Origin: Bradymonadia bacterium
GTDB lineage: Bacteria > Myxococcota_A > Bradymonadia > UBA7976 > UBA1532
Assembly (NCBI GenBank): GCA_046290225.1
Contig: JBKAGE010000075.1
Coordinates: forward strand, 160,001-224,000
Reading direction: 5' to 3'
Length of the DNA: 64,000 bases
The notes beneath the pieces are model-generated. The model was not told where the DNA came from. It saw only the letters and a list, made by a program, of their open reading frames with translations, and did not search any database. The position numbers were made by a program, and so were the translations under genes. Numbering within the stretch: the stretch's first letter is position 1; the number at the start of each line of letters is the position of its first letter. Of the stretch, positions 18,767 through 28,813 are shown piece by piece.

Positions 18767-20269
18767 ATGAGCGGGATTTTCGAGTATGTCGCCCACTCGG
18801 GTGACGCGCGGCTCAAGGTGGTTGGCGTCGGTGGTGGCGGGGGGAACGCCGTCAACACGATGATCGACTCCGGACTCAAGGGCGTCGACTTCATCGTGGC
18901 CAACACCGATGGCCAGGCGTTGGAGTACAACTCTGCAGGCACCAAGCTGCAGATCGGCGCCACCTTCACCAAGGGTCTGGGTGCAGGGGCCAATCCCGAG
19001 ATCGGCGCCAAGGCTGCCCTTGAGGACGAGGGGCTCATCGCTGAAGCGCTTCACGGCGCCGACATGGTCTTCGTCACCGCCGGCATGGGCGGCGGCACCG
19101 GCACCGGTGCTGCGCCGGTCATCGCTCGAGTGGCCCGAGAGCAGGGCGCCCTCACCGTGGGTGTGGTCACCAAGCCCTTCCTCTTCGAGGGCAAGGCTCG
19201 CCGTCGTCGTGCCAAGGCCGGCATCGAGGCTCTCTCTGCCGAGGTCGACACCCTCATCGTGATCCCCAACCAGCGCCTGCTGGCCATCACCGATGAGCAG
19301 ACCACCATGCTCGACGCCTTCCGGCTCGCCGATCAGGTGCTCTACAACGCCGTGCAGGGCATCAGCGACTTGATCACCTACCACGGCATGGTGAACGTCG
19401 ACTTCGCCGACGTGCGCACCATCATGTCGAACCGCGGCCTCGCCCTCATGGGCAGCGGTCAGGCCAGCGGCCCTCGCCGTGCCCTTGAGGCCGCTCAGGC
19501 GGCCATCTCGAGCCCTCTGCTCGACGAGATCAGCATCGAAGGCGCCACGGGCATCTTGATCAACTTCACCGGCGGGGTCGACATGGCCCTCTCGGAGATC
19601 CACGAGGCCTCGAGCCTCATCGAAGATGCGGCTCACGAGGATGTGAACCTCATCTTCGGTGCCGTGGTGGACGAGAGCATGACCGACGAGATCAAGATCA
19701 CGGTCATCGCCACCGGCTTCGAAGAGCATCAGCCTGCTGACTTGTCATCCACGGGTGGCTCCAGCATGAACACCCGCACCCATGGTGGTCACCACCACGC
19801 GCCGTCGACCCATGACAGCGGTCGCAGCGCGCCGGTGCCCCCGATGGAGTCGCTCCCCCCTCAGGTGAGCGCCCCTGTGCAGCCTTCGATGACGCGCCAC
19901 AGCGAGATGAGCCCCCAGCACCACGAGCCTCGGGGTCACGATCACAACGCCACCAGCCGCCCCACCACGCGGCCCTCCACCCGTGATCGCATCCGCAACA
20001 CCACCCCGCCCCCTCGGGTGAACCAGGGGCCCTGGGATGAAGGCGACGTGCCCCCTCGGGTGAACGCCCGGGTGCGCAACACCCCCGTGCCCGGCAGCGA
20101 TCTGTCGACGCCGGCCATCAAGCGCCAGAAGAACCAGTCTGGCCGCTCGGTGGGCGAGGCCCCCACGGGCTCCGGCTTCTGGACCGAAGAAGACGAAGAC
20201 GTCGAGCTCAGCCGCGGCAACAACAAGGGCGGCAACAAGAGCTGGATGAAGAACCGCCGCGAAGACTGA
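18767..20269 (+). CDS. ftsZ: Cell division GTPase FtsZ with long C-terminal tail
   Basis: [32 protein letters not shown]; ~180-aa Pro/Ser/Thr/His-rich tail. Confidence 0.98.
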   Translation: MSGIFEYVAHSGDARLKVVGVGGGGGNAVNTMIDSGLKGVDFIVANTDGQALEYNSAGTKLQIGATFTKGLGAGANPEIGAKAALEDEGLIAEALHGADMVFVTAGMGGGTGTGAAPVIARVAREQGALTVGVVTKPFLFEGKARRRRAKAGIEALSAEVDTLIVIPNQRLLAITDEQTTMLDAFRLADQVLYNAVQGISDLITYHGMVNVDFADVRTIMSNRGLALMGSGQASGPRRALEAAQAAISSPLLDEISIEGATGILINFTGGVDMALSEIHEASSLIEDAAHEDVNLIFGAVVDESMTDEIKITVIATGFEEHQPADLSSTGGSSMNTRTHGGHHHAPSTHDSGRSAPVPPMESLPPQVSAPVQPSMTRHSEMSPQHHEPRGHDHNATSRPTTRPSTRDRIRNTTPPPRVNQGPWDEGDVPPRVNARVRNTPVPGSDLSTPAIKRQKNQSGRSVGEAPTGSGFWTEEDEDVELSRGNNKGGNKSWMKNRRED

Positions 20270-20320
20270 ACGCTGTCCGCCTCCCACGACCCTCCCTCGA
20301 GAACCCCATCAGATTGCCGC

Positions 20321-20342
20321 TTGACCTGAAGTGTACTTCAGG
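20321..20342 (+). promoter_or_regulatory. MerR/SoxR-like operator overlapping a -35 box
   Basis: TTGACC followed by the 18-bp dyad CCTGAAGT-GT-ACTTCAGG starting within the -35. Confidence 0.55.
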
Positions 20343-20415
20343 GGTGAATACCCCCTCCAAAGCACCGGTCCACCCCCAGCACTTGGGGGCGCACCCCGGA
20401 TACCCTGGAGGATAC

Positions 20416-21084
20416 ATGAAGCGTTTGGGGTTCTCGTTGACCATCGTGGCACTCGCAGCCATGGCCATGACCACCTCTGCCCACGCGGGCCGCAAGAAGA
20501 AGAAGGCCAAGTCTGCGCCAGCGGAGATCGTGGTCAACAACACCTGTAAAGAGGCCGTCGAGCTGAGCGTCGCCGGTACGGCCATCAAGGTCGACGGTGG
20601 GGCCACCAGCGCCGCCGTGAGCGTCATGGCCAAGGCCGACGAGCCCGTGCAGGAGGTCAAGGTGAAGGACACCTTGCTCGCCCGCATGGTGGTCAAGGGC
20701 GAGCAGAAGTACACCATCAAGATCGCCAACTGCCAGGGCGGCAATGCCGACGTCTTCACCCAGTGGACCTCGGCCAAGGCTTCGGACTCACCGCACGCCA
20801 TGGCTCAGGTGCGTTTCCGGGCTCGCGCGCGGAAGATCTTCGAGGTCATGGGGGGCCAGAAGGGCAGATTTAAGCCCCTCTCCGTCGCCGTGACCAAGTA
20901 CCAGGATGCTCAGCCCGGGGAGTTCCCCTTCGGCGTGCGCATGCGCATGGCCCGCCGGGGTCCCATCGTGGCCAACGTGAAGAAGAACGTCGCCCTCGAG
21001 GCGGGGCGCAAGTACCTCATCGAGGTCGATGCCGTCGGTCGCGATCTGTTCTTCAGCGTTGAGGACGAGGGCCTGGTGGAGTAA
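20416..21084 (+). CDS. Hypothetical secreted basic beta-rich protein
   Basis: GGAGG RBS, signal peptide ending SAHA, strongly biased codon usage, two Cys. Confidence 0.8.
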   Translation: MKRLGFSLTIVALAAMAMTTSAHAGRKKKKAKSAPAEIVVNNTCKEAVELSVAGTAIKVDGGATSAAVSVMAKADEPVQEVKVKDTLLARMVVKGEQKYTIKIANCQGGNADVFTQWTSAKASDSPHAMAQVRFRARARKIFEVMGGQKGRFKPLSVAVTKYQDAQPGEFPFGVRMRMARRGPIVANVKKNVALEAGRKYLIEVDAVGRDLFFSVEDEGLVE

Positions 21085-21700
21085 CGCGCCGAGGCGCGAT
21101 CTTCACATACACACCTGCAGAGCGCTCCGAGATCGCCCGAGCGCTCACACCCTGAATCACATACTGATGTCGACCCGGCCCCGGTGTATCGGTGGCCGTT
21201 GATGTCTCCGCCGCCACCTCGGCGACGAGGTGTCCGTTGCGCAAAATGCGGACGTGCGTCGCCCGCTCAGGGGGCAGCCAGGTGATCTCCACCACCCCCT
21301 TGGCACCCACAAAGGCCAGGGGGGCCTCAGGGGCCTTGGGCACTGCCCCACGTTGAAGCGTTGTCGCTGGCCCCGCCTCACTCAGCAGGGGGCCACGTGA
21401 CACGCGGCTCTGAACCACCACCGGGAGCGCGCCGGGCCAGGACACCCACTGCCCTGCCGGCCCCCTCCAGAGCGCAGAGCCGCTGCACGCCCCGTGATCG
21501 CTGCGGAACACGTGGGCCACGGCCTCTGTGCGGGCGTCTTCGCCCACAAGGGGCACTCGAATCTCTACGCCATCAGGGGTGGTGCGGAGCTGGACTGGGC
21601 CAGGGGAGGCAGGGGGAGGCGGCCCGGGCGGTCGAGGACGACCCGCCACGCCACAGGCGGTGAGGGCGGACATCAGCGCCAGGGCGGCCAGGGGTTTCAC
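21053..21700 (-). CDS. Lipoprotein with FN3-like C-terminal domain
   Basis: GTG start; lipobox LTAC followed by GVAGRPRPP; VEITW...RNG...YVIQGV FN3-like strand pattern; directly downstream of argH. Confidence 0.6.
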   Translation of the reverse strand: MKPLAALALMSALTACGVAGRPRPPGPPPPASPGPVQLRTTPDGVEIRVPLVGEDARTEAVAHVFRSDHGACSGSALWRGPAGQWVSWPGALPVVVQSRVSRGPLLSEAGPATTLQRGAVPKAPEAPLAFVGAKGVVEITWLPPERATHVRILRNGHLVAEVAAETSTATDTPGPGRHQYVIQGVSARAISERSAGVYVKIAPRRVTPPGPRPQR

Positions 21701-21704
21701 ATCG

Positions 21705-23120
21705 TCACCGAGGGCCCTGGTCGTCGCCTCGGCGGGCCTGCAGGCGGGCCCGGGCCACGGCGAGTGCCGCTTGCACGCGGGCAGGGGCCGTACCCCCTTC
21801 GCTGGTGCGGGCGGCAACGCTGGCTTCTACGGTGACCGCAGTGAGGATGTCGGCCTCGAAGACCTCGGAGAAGCCCTTGAACTCTTCGAGGGAGAGGCTC
21901 TCCAGGGTGCGGTCTTCGACGATGCACCAGCGTACGAGGCGACCCACGACGTGGTGGGCATCTCTAAAGGGCATGTCGTGGTTGGCGAGGTAGTCGGCCA
22001 CGTCGGTGGCGGTGACAAAGCCTGCGGCGCAGGCCGCCCGCATGCGATCTGCCCGCACCGTGGTGGCCGGGAGCATGCGGGCCATGGCCACAACGCAATC
22101 ACGGGTGGTGTCCACACCGTCGAACAAGGCCTCTTTGTCTTCCTGGAGATCCTTGTTGTAGGCCAGAGGCAGCCCCTTGAGCACCGTGAGCAGCGCCATC
22201 AGATCGCCGATCACCCGGCCGCTCTTGCCGCGGCAGAGCTCGGGGATGTCGGGGTTCTTCTTCTGGGGCATGATGCTCGAGCCCGTGGCGAAGGCGTCGC
22301 CGAGCTCGACGAAGCCGAACTCCTGGCTCGACCAGATCACCAGCTCTTCCGAGAGGCGGGAGAGGTGGATCATGATCAGAGAGAGGGCGGAGAGACACTC
22401 CACGGCGAAGTCGCGATCAGCCACGGCATCGAGACTGTTGGCCATGGGCGCAGTAAAGCCCAGAGCCGCTGCCGTGGCCTGGCGATCGATGGGGAAGGGG
22501 GTGCCGGCGAGGGCGGCGCTGCCGAGGGGGCTGTACGCCGTGCGAGCGCGGCAGTCCACCAGCCGGCCTCGATCGCGCTCGAACATCTCCACATAGGCCA
22601 GCAGGTGGTGCCCCAGGAGCACGGGCTGAGCCCGCTGAAGGTGGGTGTACCCCGGCAAGATCGCCTCGCCGTCCCGCTCAGCCACCACGAGCAGGGCGTC
22701 GATGAGGCCGTCGAGCTCCGAGAGCAGGCTGTCGATGGCCTTCATCTGCCAGAGTCGCAGATCCGTGGCCACCTGATCGTTCCGGCTGCGGGCGGTGTGC
22801 AGGCGACCGCCGGCACCTCCGATGGCCTCCGTGAGGCGGCGCTCGATGTTCATGTGTACATCTTCGAGGGCCACGGACCACTCGAAGCGCTTGCCCTCGA
22901 TGTCGCCGAGGACCTCAGCGAGGCCGGCGTCGATGGCGGCGGCGTCTTCCGCCGACAAGATGCCCTGAGCGGCGAGCATCTGGGCGTGGGCTCTCGAGCC
23001 GGCGATGTCTTCGGCGAAGAGGCGCTGGTCGAAGGCCACCGAGGCGTTCAGGCGCTCGACGAAGGCGTCGGTGGGCTCGTCGAAGCGACCCCCCCAGGGC
23101 TTTTTCTGATCGTCACTCAT
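21705..23120 (-). CDS. argH: Argininosuccinate lyase
   Basis: WGGRF, EDVHMNIE, LHTARSRNDQV, PGYTHLQRAQP, GSSIMPQKKNPD, YNKDLQEDK. Confidence 0.98.
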   Translation of the reverse strand: MSDDQKKPWGGRFDEPTDAFVERLNASVAFDQRLFAEDIAGSRAHAQMLAAQGILSAEDAAAIDAGLAEVLGDIEGKRFEWSVALEDVHMNIERRLTEAIGGAGGRLHTARSRNDQVATDLRLWQMKAIDSLLSELDGLIDALLVVAERDGEAILPGYTHLQRAQPVLLGHHLLAYVEMFERDRGRLVDCRARTAYSPLGSAALAGTPFPIDRQATAAALGFTAPMANSLDAVADRDFAVECLSALSLIMIHLSRLSEELVIWSSQEFGFVELGDAFATGSSIMPQKKNPDIPELCRGKSGRVIGDLMALLTVLKGLPLAYNKDLQEDKEALFDGVDTTRDCVVAMARMLPATTVRADRMRAACAAGFVTATDVADYLANHDMPFRDAHHVVGRLVRWCIVEDRTLESLSLEEFKGFSEVFEADILTAVTVEASVAARTSEGGTAPARVQAALAVARARLQARRGDDQGPR

Positions 23121-23234
23121 GGGCTCACGTCGGGGTGTGGGCGGTGAGGTGCGTTCTGAGCTGTAGCTGCTGAGCGCTCTGCATTGTGCAGAGTACACAA
23201 CTGTGTCCGAAACCGAGAGCCGGTTTCGGGTGCT

Positions 23235-25370
23235 CTAGAACTCGATGCCCAGGTTCATCTGGATGGTCTGTGCTGCAGAGGGCTCTGCGAGCACGTTGGC
23301 GTCGCTCGCGGGCACGCCGCGGAGCAGATCTTGCGGATCGAGCAGGTCGAAGCCACTGAAGGGGAACATCAGGCCGTAGGCGAGGGACCACCGGAAGCGG
23401 TCCACCTCGGTGATGTAGAACTCGAGGTCGAACTCGAGGCCCAGGGGGCGGCTCTGACCTGGGGTGGCGTCAGGGTCGAGGGCGAAGGCGTACATCGCCC
23501 CGAGGCTGAAGCCCCAGAACTCCTTGAGCTCGGGCTCGTAGACGAAGTCGTACTGCAGGTAGGGCTTGAAGTACGCGGCGTTGGTCACCGAGCCGATGAT
23601 CTCCCGGAACAGGATCAGGTCGACGATGTAGTCACGATCGAACAAGAAGGCGTTCATGCTGTCGTCGCGCAGATCGTTCACGTCGACGCTGGCGTCGTCG
23701 AGCACCCCGAAGCCGATGGGGCGATCGTCACCGGAGGCCGCGCCGTGGCGGATGCCCCACTGGAACTTCTTGATGCGGTGATCGAACTCGAGGGCGTAAC
23801 CCCACTGCTGGATGTTGCGCTCTCGGGGCTGCACCACCTGATCGGAGGGGCAGTCGTCGATGTTGGCAGTGTCGATGGTGTTGTCGAGGCACTCCTGGCG
23901 ATCGCGACGGAGCAACACCTCGTTGGGGTACTCGGTGATCTGACCCAGGTTCAGGGCCCCTTCGAACTCGAGGCGGTAGCTCACCCCGGGCTTGGGGTTG
24001 TACTGGTACTTGAGCCAGACGTCGGGGGTGTACATGAAGGCCTTGACGTCACGCAGGGTGTTCTGGCCCTCGTCGGGGTTGCTCAGCTCGCTGGTGAGGC
24101 CCTGGCGGCGGATGATGTTGAGCACACCCCAGTCGAAGGTGCTCTTGCGCTCCACGTTGAGGGCCCGGTTGCGCACCTCTTTCTCGCTGCGGCTCAGGGG
24201 CTTGTTGAACAGCGCCACCGTCCACTGGAAGGCGTCGTCCCGGTTGTCGAGGTCGAAGGGCTGGCCCTGCTGCTGGTTGTCGTAGTTGTCCAGCCCCGAG
24301 AACGAGGTGGCGCCCTCGGCAGGGAAGTCCCACGACAGCGACAGGTAGGTGTCGAACAGGTTGGCCACCGCCATGATGGTGTCGACGTTGTCGCCGTAGT
24401 TGCAGTCGAGGCAGTACCCGTTGTTCCACATCATGCCCAGACCCCAGTGCCTCGGGGTACGGCCCACGAGCACGGTGCCCAGGGGGTTCACCCACTCGCC
24501 CCAGAGCTGCTTCACCTGCACGTCGTCCCGGCCGTCGTACTCGCGATCGATGGGGCGCTGGTTGTCGCTGGTGAACTCGATGGGGGCGTCGGCCCGCAGC
24601 GGGCGCCCGTAGCGGGTGCCGCCATCGGGGGTGCTGCCGAGGACCAGGTTGTCCATGATGTCGATGACGGTGTTGATGCGCAGCGTCTTCGACACGTGGA
24701 TGGTGGGCATGTACCGCAGGCGCATGTTGGCCCCGGCCTGGCTGTTGGCCCCCTGGTTGTAGCTCGCCTCTTCGTCACCGGGCTGGCCATTGGTCTGGTC
24801 GGCCTCTTCGGTGAGGGGGGGCGGCACCGGGGAGCTCGACAGGCTGAGATCGCGCCGGTAGGTGCCCAGATCGAAGTTGTGGAACAGATCGGCTCGGACT
24901 CGCAGGTAGCCGTGGTGCTCGATCCAGGGGTAGCTCACCTCAGCGTCGGGGCTGGTGGCGGCGTTCCAGTCGGGTTGCATCTGCACGTCGGGCCCGCCGA
25001 AGGCCGGCGTGGGCTCGATGCCGTCGATGGCTCCCCAGGGAGAAGAGGGCGCCTTCGCAGGCGTCTTCGCACCTGCTTTTGCCTTCTTCTGGTTCGCACC
25101 GGGGGTGGTGGTCTTCTTGAGATTCGGGCCCTCGGAAGAGGTCTTCGAGTCGCCTTTGTCGGCGCTCCCCGAGGCGGCGCTCTCGTCCGCAGGATCTTCG
25201 TCAGGCTCCGGGCCCGCTTGGGCCAGGGCGCTCTCGGCGATCAGCATCTGACCACAGAGCACAGTCATGCCAGCCCACACAGCAGCTCGAAACAAGGGGG
25301 TCCTCCATGAGGTGGGGCGCCGCTGACGCCAGGACCGGAGGCGATTAACACGGGCCACCGGTGACGTCAA
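23235..25370 (-). CDS. Large outer-membrane beta-barrel protein (TIGR04551-like); start uncertain
   Basis: Signal peptide ..SALAQ, disordered linker, HGYLRVRADLFHNFDLG, GRTPRHWGLGM, DLILFREIIGSVTNA; C-terminal Phe. Confidence 0.7.
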   Translation of the reverse strand: MTSPVARVNRLRSWRQRRPTSWRTPLFRAAVWAGMTVLCGQMLIAESALAQAGPEPDEDPADESAASGSADKGDSKTSSEGPNLKKTTTPGANQKKAKAGAKTPAKAPSSPWGAIDGIEPTPAFGGPDVQMQPDWNAATSPDAEVSYPWIEHHGYLRVRADLFHNFDLGTYRRDLSLSSSPVPPPLTEEADQTNGQPGDEEASYNQGANSQAGANMRLRYMPTIHVSKTLRINTVIDIMDNLVLGSTPDGGTRYGRPLRADAPIEFTSDNQRPIDREYDGRDDVQVKQLWGEWVNPLGTVLVGRTPRHWGLGMMWNNGYCLDCNYGDNVDTIMAVANLFDTYLSLSWDFPAEGATSFSGLDNYDNQQQGQPFDLDNRDDAFQWTVALFNKPLSRSEKEVRNRALNVERKSTFDWGVLNIIRRQGLTSELSNPDEGQNTLRDVKAFMYTPDVWLKYQYNPKPGVSYRLEFEGALNLGQITEYPNEVLLRRDRQECLDNTIDTANIDDCPSDQVVQPRERNIQQWGYALEFDHRIKKFQWGIRHGAASGDDRPIGFGVLDDASVDVNDLRDDSMNAFLFDRDYIVDLILFREIIGSVTNAAYFKPYLQYDFVYEPELKEFWGFSLGAMYAFALDPDATPGQSRPLGLEFDLEFYITEVDRFRWSLAYGLMFPFSGFDLLDPQDLLRGVPASDANVLAEPSAAQTIQMNLGIEF

Positions 25371-25457
25371 TCGTCAGCACCACTCTGAGAGCTGCGCGCT
25401 GACGGTGAAATGGAGGTCAGACGCCGTACATGGCTCGGCATTCTGACGATTTGGGCC

Positions 25458-28400
25458 TCAGAACAAGCCCTTGAAGGCTTTCTTGGCTTCGTCCTCGGCC
25501 TTCTTCTTCGCTTTGTTCGCCGCGTCTCGGGCCTTCTTCTCTGCCTTCTTTTTGGCCTCGTCGGCTTTCTTCTTGGCCTTGTTGGCGATCTCCCGGGCCT
25601 TCTTCTCCGCCTCGGCGGCCTTTTCCCGGGCGAGGGCCTCGGCCTTCTTCGCCACCTCCAGGGCCTTCTCGGCGCCGAGGGCCTTGGCCACCTGAGGGGC
25701 CAGCGCCGCAGCGAGGGCTGCACCCTCGATGCCGGAGATCTTGGGCTTGGTGAGGGTGCCGCCGATGCTCAGGGCCACAGGGAGAGCCTTGTCGATCTTG
25801 AGCCGGCCCCCCGTGACCGAGGCCAGGGTCTTCGGAGAGAGCATCAGCTCCCCCTTGAGGTCGAGGCTCTTATCGAGGCCGATGCCGCCGTTGAGCTTGA
25901 GCGGGCCCTCTTTGGTGTCGAGGGTGAGCAGCTCGGCGAGCATCATCTTGCCCTTGTTGAGGTTGAACCGGGTGTTCACCTTGCCCAGGCGGGTGCCGTC
26001 CCGACCCGCGGGCACGGGGATGATGTCACCGAAGCGCTTGTTGAGGGGTTTGAAGATGGCCTGCTCGAGATCGAGGGTCTTGAGCACCCCATCGGCGAGG
26101 TCGAGGGTGAGCGAGCCTGTGAGGGTCTCTTTGAGATCCTTCCACTCGGCGCCCCGGCCCTTGATGGTGAGCTCGGTGCTGATGCGACCCACGAGGGTGC
26201 CCGGCAGGTTCATCTGCTCCGAGAGCAGCTTCTGAGCGCTCACCCGCTTCATGGCCACCCGTGTCTCGAAGCTGGGTACTGGATCAGCGATGTTGGCCTT
26301 GGTGGGGGTGAGGTCGAACTCGCCGTCGTAGGCGTTGAACTTCAATCGCTTGAAGTTGAGCACCCCATTCTTGAGCGTGAGCTGACCCACCATCTTCTTG
26401 AAGGGGAACCCGCCGGCGCGGCCCTTGGCGATGTTGATGGTGCCCACCCCGTCGATGCGCTTGAGCACAGGGTTCGGGGGGCCAGATTCGGGCTCTTCGG
26501 CCTCTTCGTCGCCACCCTCGGGCAGCAACGCGTCGAGATCGAGGTTGGGCGACGACAACACGAACTGGATCTTCGGCGCGTCGAGGTTCTTGACGCTGGC
26601 CTGACCCTTGAGGGTGCTGCCTTTCTGGGCAAAGTAGAGGTTCTTGAGGCTCGCCTCCACCGTGGCCGGGTTCGCGGGGTTGCCCTTGAAGGTGGCGTCG
26701 ACGCCGAGGGTGGCCGAGGCGAAGGGCGACTCCTTGAGGCTGGGCACCATCTTGGCCACCTCGGCGAGGGTGAACCGGGCGAGACTGGCTTTGACGTTCA
26801 TGGGGCCGCCGCCGGTGCTGATGCGGCCGGAGCTGCTGAGATCGAGGGGCCCGAACCGCACCTTGCCCTTGCTGAGGTCGATGGCGGTCTTGCCGATGGC
26901 GGCGCTGAGGTCGAGGGTCATGGGCACCCCCGCCTGCTTGCGCAGCGCGTCACCGGCCACGACTGCGAGGTTGCTGAGATCACCGACGGCGGTGATGGCC
27001 ATGGCCCCGGGCTTGCCCTTGGCAGTGAGGTCGATCTCCCCGCTGCCCTTGAGCGTGGCCCCAGGCACGTCGAGATCGGCGTTGTACACCCCCAGCTTCA
27101 CCTCGGCGTCGAGGCGACCACCGGCGCGCTTGATGGCGATGTCGATGCCGCCCTGGCCGGCCAGCTGCACATCTGGGGGGATCGCCTGGGCCACTGCCGG
27201 CGACAGCCGCGCCGGGCCGGTGATGTTGAACCGTCCGGTGCCACCTTTGATGTCGATGGCGGGGTTGACGAAGTTCTTGATCGACCCCGAGAGGGCCAGA
27301 TCGATGCCGCCGGCGGTGAGGTGCAGCTGCTTCAAGAACAGGCTGTCGCTGCCGAGAGTGGCTTCGATCAGGGTGTGCAGGGCCACGCCCTTGGGCTTGT
27401 TGAAGCTGCCGGGCACGATGATGGTGGCCTTGTCGAGATCGACGTTGAGATCGATCTGCTGCGCTTCGGCGTTGCCGTCTGCGTTCATGGCGACGACGAA
27501 GGGCCCGTCGAGGCGGCCGCCAGGGCCCAGGGCAGGCATCAACGGCCCGAGCAGGGCCTTGAGCCGGCCGAAGTGCAGCTTGCTCGAGGTGATCTTGAGC
27601 CCCTTGAACTGCGGGTGGATCCCGTTGAGCCCGGTGACGCTGCCGGTGCTGTGCAGGGTCATGTCGTCGAGGGCGATGTCGAAGCCGTCGATGTCGAGGG
27701 CGCCCTCGGCGGGGGTGAAGTCGAGGTGGGGGGTGAGCTTGAAGTCGAAGGGCTTGCCCCCAGGCAGCGCGATGGGGGCCAGGGCGAAGGTGCCGTGGGC
27801 CTTGATGGTGCCTCCGGCAGCGAGGGGATCGTCGATGCGCAGATCGGCGTTGAGCTTCGCTTGCTCCAGCTTCACCGGTGCGTCTTTGCCCAGGTAGGGG
27901 GTCAACGCGGCGAGATCGACCTGCTCGGCCTTGAGGCTGATCCACTCCACGGGCATGGGCACCTCACCCTCGATGGGCACGGGGCCCAGCTTCACCCGGA
28001 AGTCGAAGTTCTGCTTCTCGGTGAGCACCGCCGCCTGCAGCTTCACCTCGAAGGGGTCTTTGAGCTGTACGTCGGTCAGCTCGAAGAGCAGATCGTTGAT
28101 GTAGGTCTCTGCTGGGGCGCCGCCGGTGCCTTTGTCCACCATGTGCAGGCGGCTGTTCTGGATGGCGATGCGGTCGAGCTTCGCCTGCTTGATCATCTCC
28201 ACCACCTCGGGGTCGAGGGGGGCCGGGGCCTCTTCTGGGGGTGGTCCATCGGTGAGCCGGGTGATGACGTCCTCGTAGCTGAGGCTGCCGTCGGCTTCGC
28301 GGACGAGGTTGGCCTCGAGGCCGTCGATGACCAGGGCCTTGATCTGCACGTCGCTGCCGAAAGACGTGAGGGCAGCCCACCAGTCTGCCTCGAACTTGAT

Positions 28401-28697
28401 GTGGGCGATCTTCATGAGCGGCAGCTCGTCGCCTTCACGGCCGGCGACGCTGATGGCGGTGATGTCGGCGCCGAGATCGGGCCACAGCGTGGTCTTGATC
28501 TCGCCGATCTGCACCTTGCGGCCGAGCAGCTTCTCGATCTCGGGGATGTACTTGTCTTTTTGAGCGTTGAGCTCTTCGTCGAGATCGAAGAAGAGGCTCA
28601 CTCCGATGATGAGCACGACGAGCAGGGCAAATATCGCCAGCAGGGTTCGACTGGCGATCTTCCAAATCTTGCGCAACACCGGGGCACCTCGAAGCAA
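25458..28697 (-). CDS. AsmA family bridge-like envelope protein
   Basis: N-terminal TM anchor, chorein_N-like start (IEKLLGRKVQIGEI), repeated beta-groove pattern, C-terminal IGGTLTKPKI plus K/A/E-rich helix ending KGLF. Confidence 0.85.
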   Translation of the reverse strand: MLRGAPVLRKIWKIASRTLLAIFALLVVLIIGVSLFFDLDEELNAQKDKYIPEIEKLLGRKVQIGEIKTTLWPDLGADITAISVAGREGDELPLMKIAHIKFEADWWAALTSFGSDVQIKALVIDGLEANLVREADGSLSYEDVITRLTDGPPPEEAPAPLDPEVVEMIKQAKLDRIAIQNSRLHMVDKGTGGAPAETYINDLLFELTDVQLKDPFEVKLQAAVLTEKQNFDFRVKLGPVPIEGEVPMPVEWISLKAEQVDLAALTPYLGKDAPVKLEQAKLNADLRIDDPLAAGGTIKAHGTFALAPIALPGGKPFDFKLTPHLDFTPAEGALDIDGFDIALDDMTLHSTGSVTGLNGIHPQFKGLKITSSKLHFGRLKALLGPLMPALGPGGRLDGPFVVAMNADGNAEAQQIDLNVDLDKATIIVPGSFNKPKGVALHTLIEATLGSDSLFLKQLHLTAGGIDLALSGSIKNFVNPAIDIKGGTGRFNITGPARLSPAVAQAIPPDVQLAGQGGIDIAIKRAGGRLDAEVKLGVYNADLDVPGATLKGSGEIDLTAKGKPGAMAITAVGDLSNLAVVAGDALRKQAGVPMTLDLSAAIGKTAIDLSKGKVRFGPLDLSSSGRISTGGGPMNVKASLARFTLAEVAKMVPSLKESPFASATLGVDATFKGNPANPATVEASLKNLYFAQKGSTLKGQASVKNLDAPKIQFVLSSPNLDLDALLPEGGDEEAEEPESGPPNPVLKRIDGVGTINIAKGRAGGFPFKKMVGQLTLKNGVLNFKRLKFNAYDGEFDLTPTKANIADPVPSFETRVAMKRVSAQKLLSEQMNLPGTLVGRISTELTIKGRGAEWKDLKETLTGSLTLDLADGVLKTLDLEQAIFKPLNKRFGDIIPVPAGRDGTRLGKVNTRFNLNKGKMMLAELLTLDTKEGPLKLNGGIGLDKSLDLKGELMLSPKTLASVTGGRLKIDKALPVALSIGGTLTKPKISGIEGAALAAALAPQVAKALGAEKALEVAKKAEALAREKAAEAEKKAREIANKAKKKADEAKKKAEKKARDAANKAKKKAEDEAKKAFKGLF

Positions 28698-28813
28698 AAC
28701 GTGAGACCGCGGATGTTAATCGCTTCACGCCAGCCTTTAAATCCTCAAATCCGGGTGACACTTCCCAAAAGGATCTTCGTCCCTCATGGGAGTTGCTCCA
28801 TGGTCACACTCCA

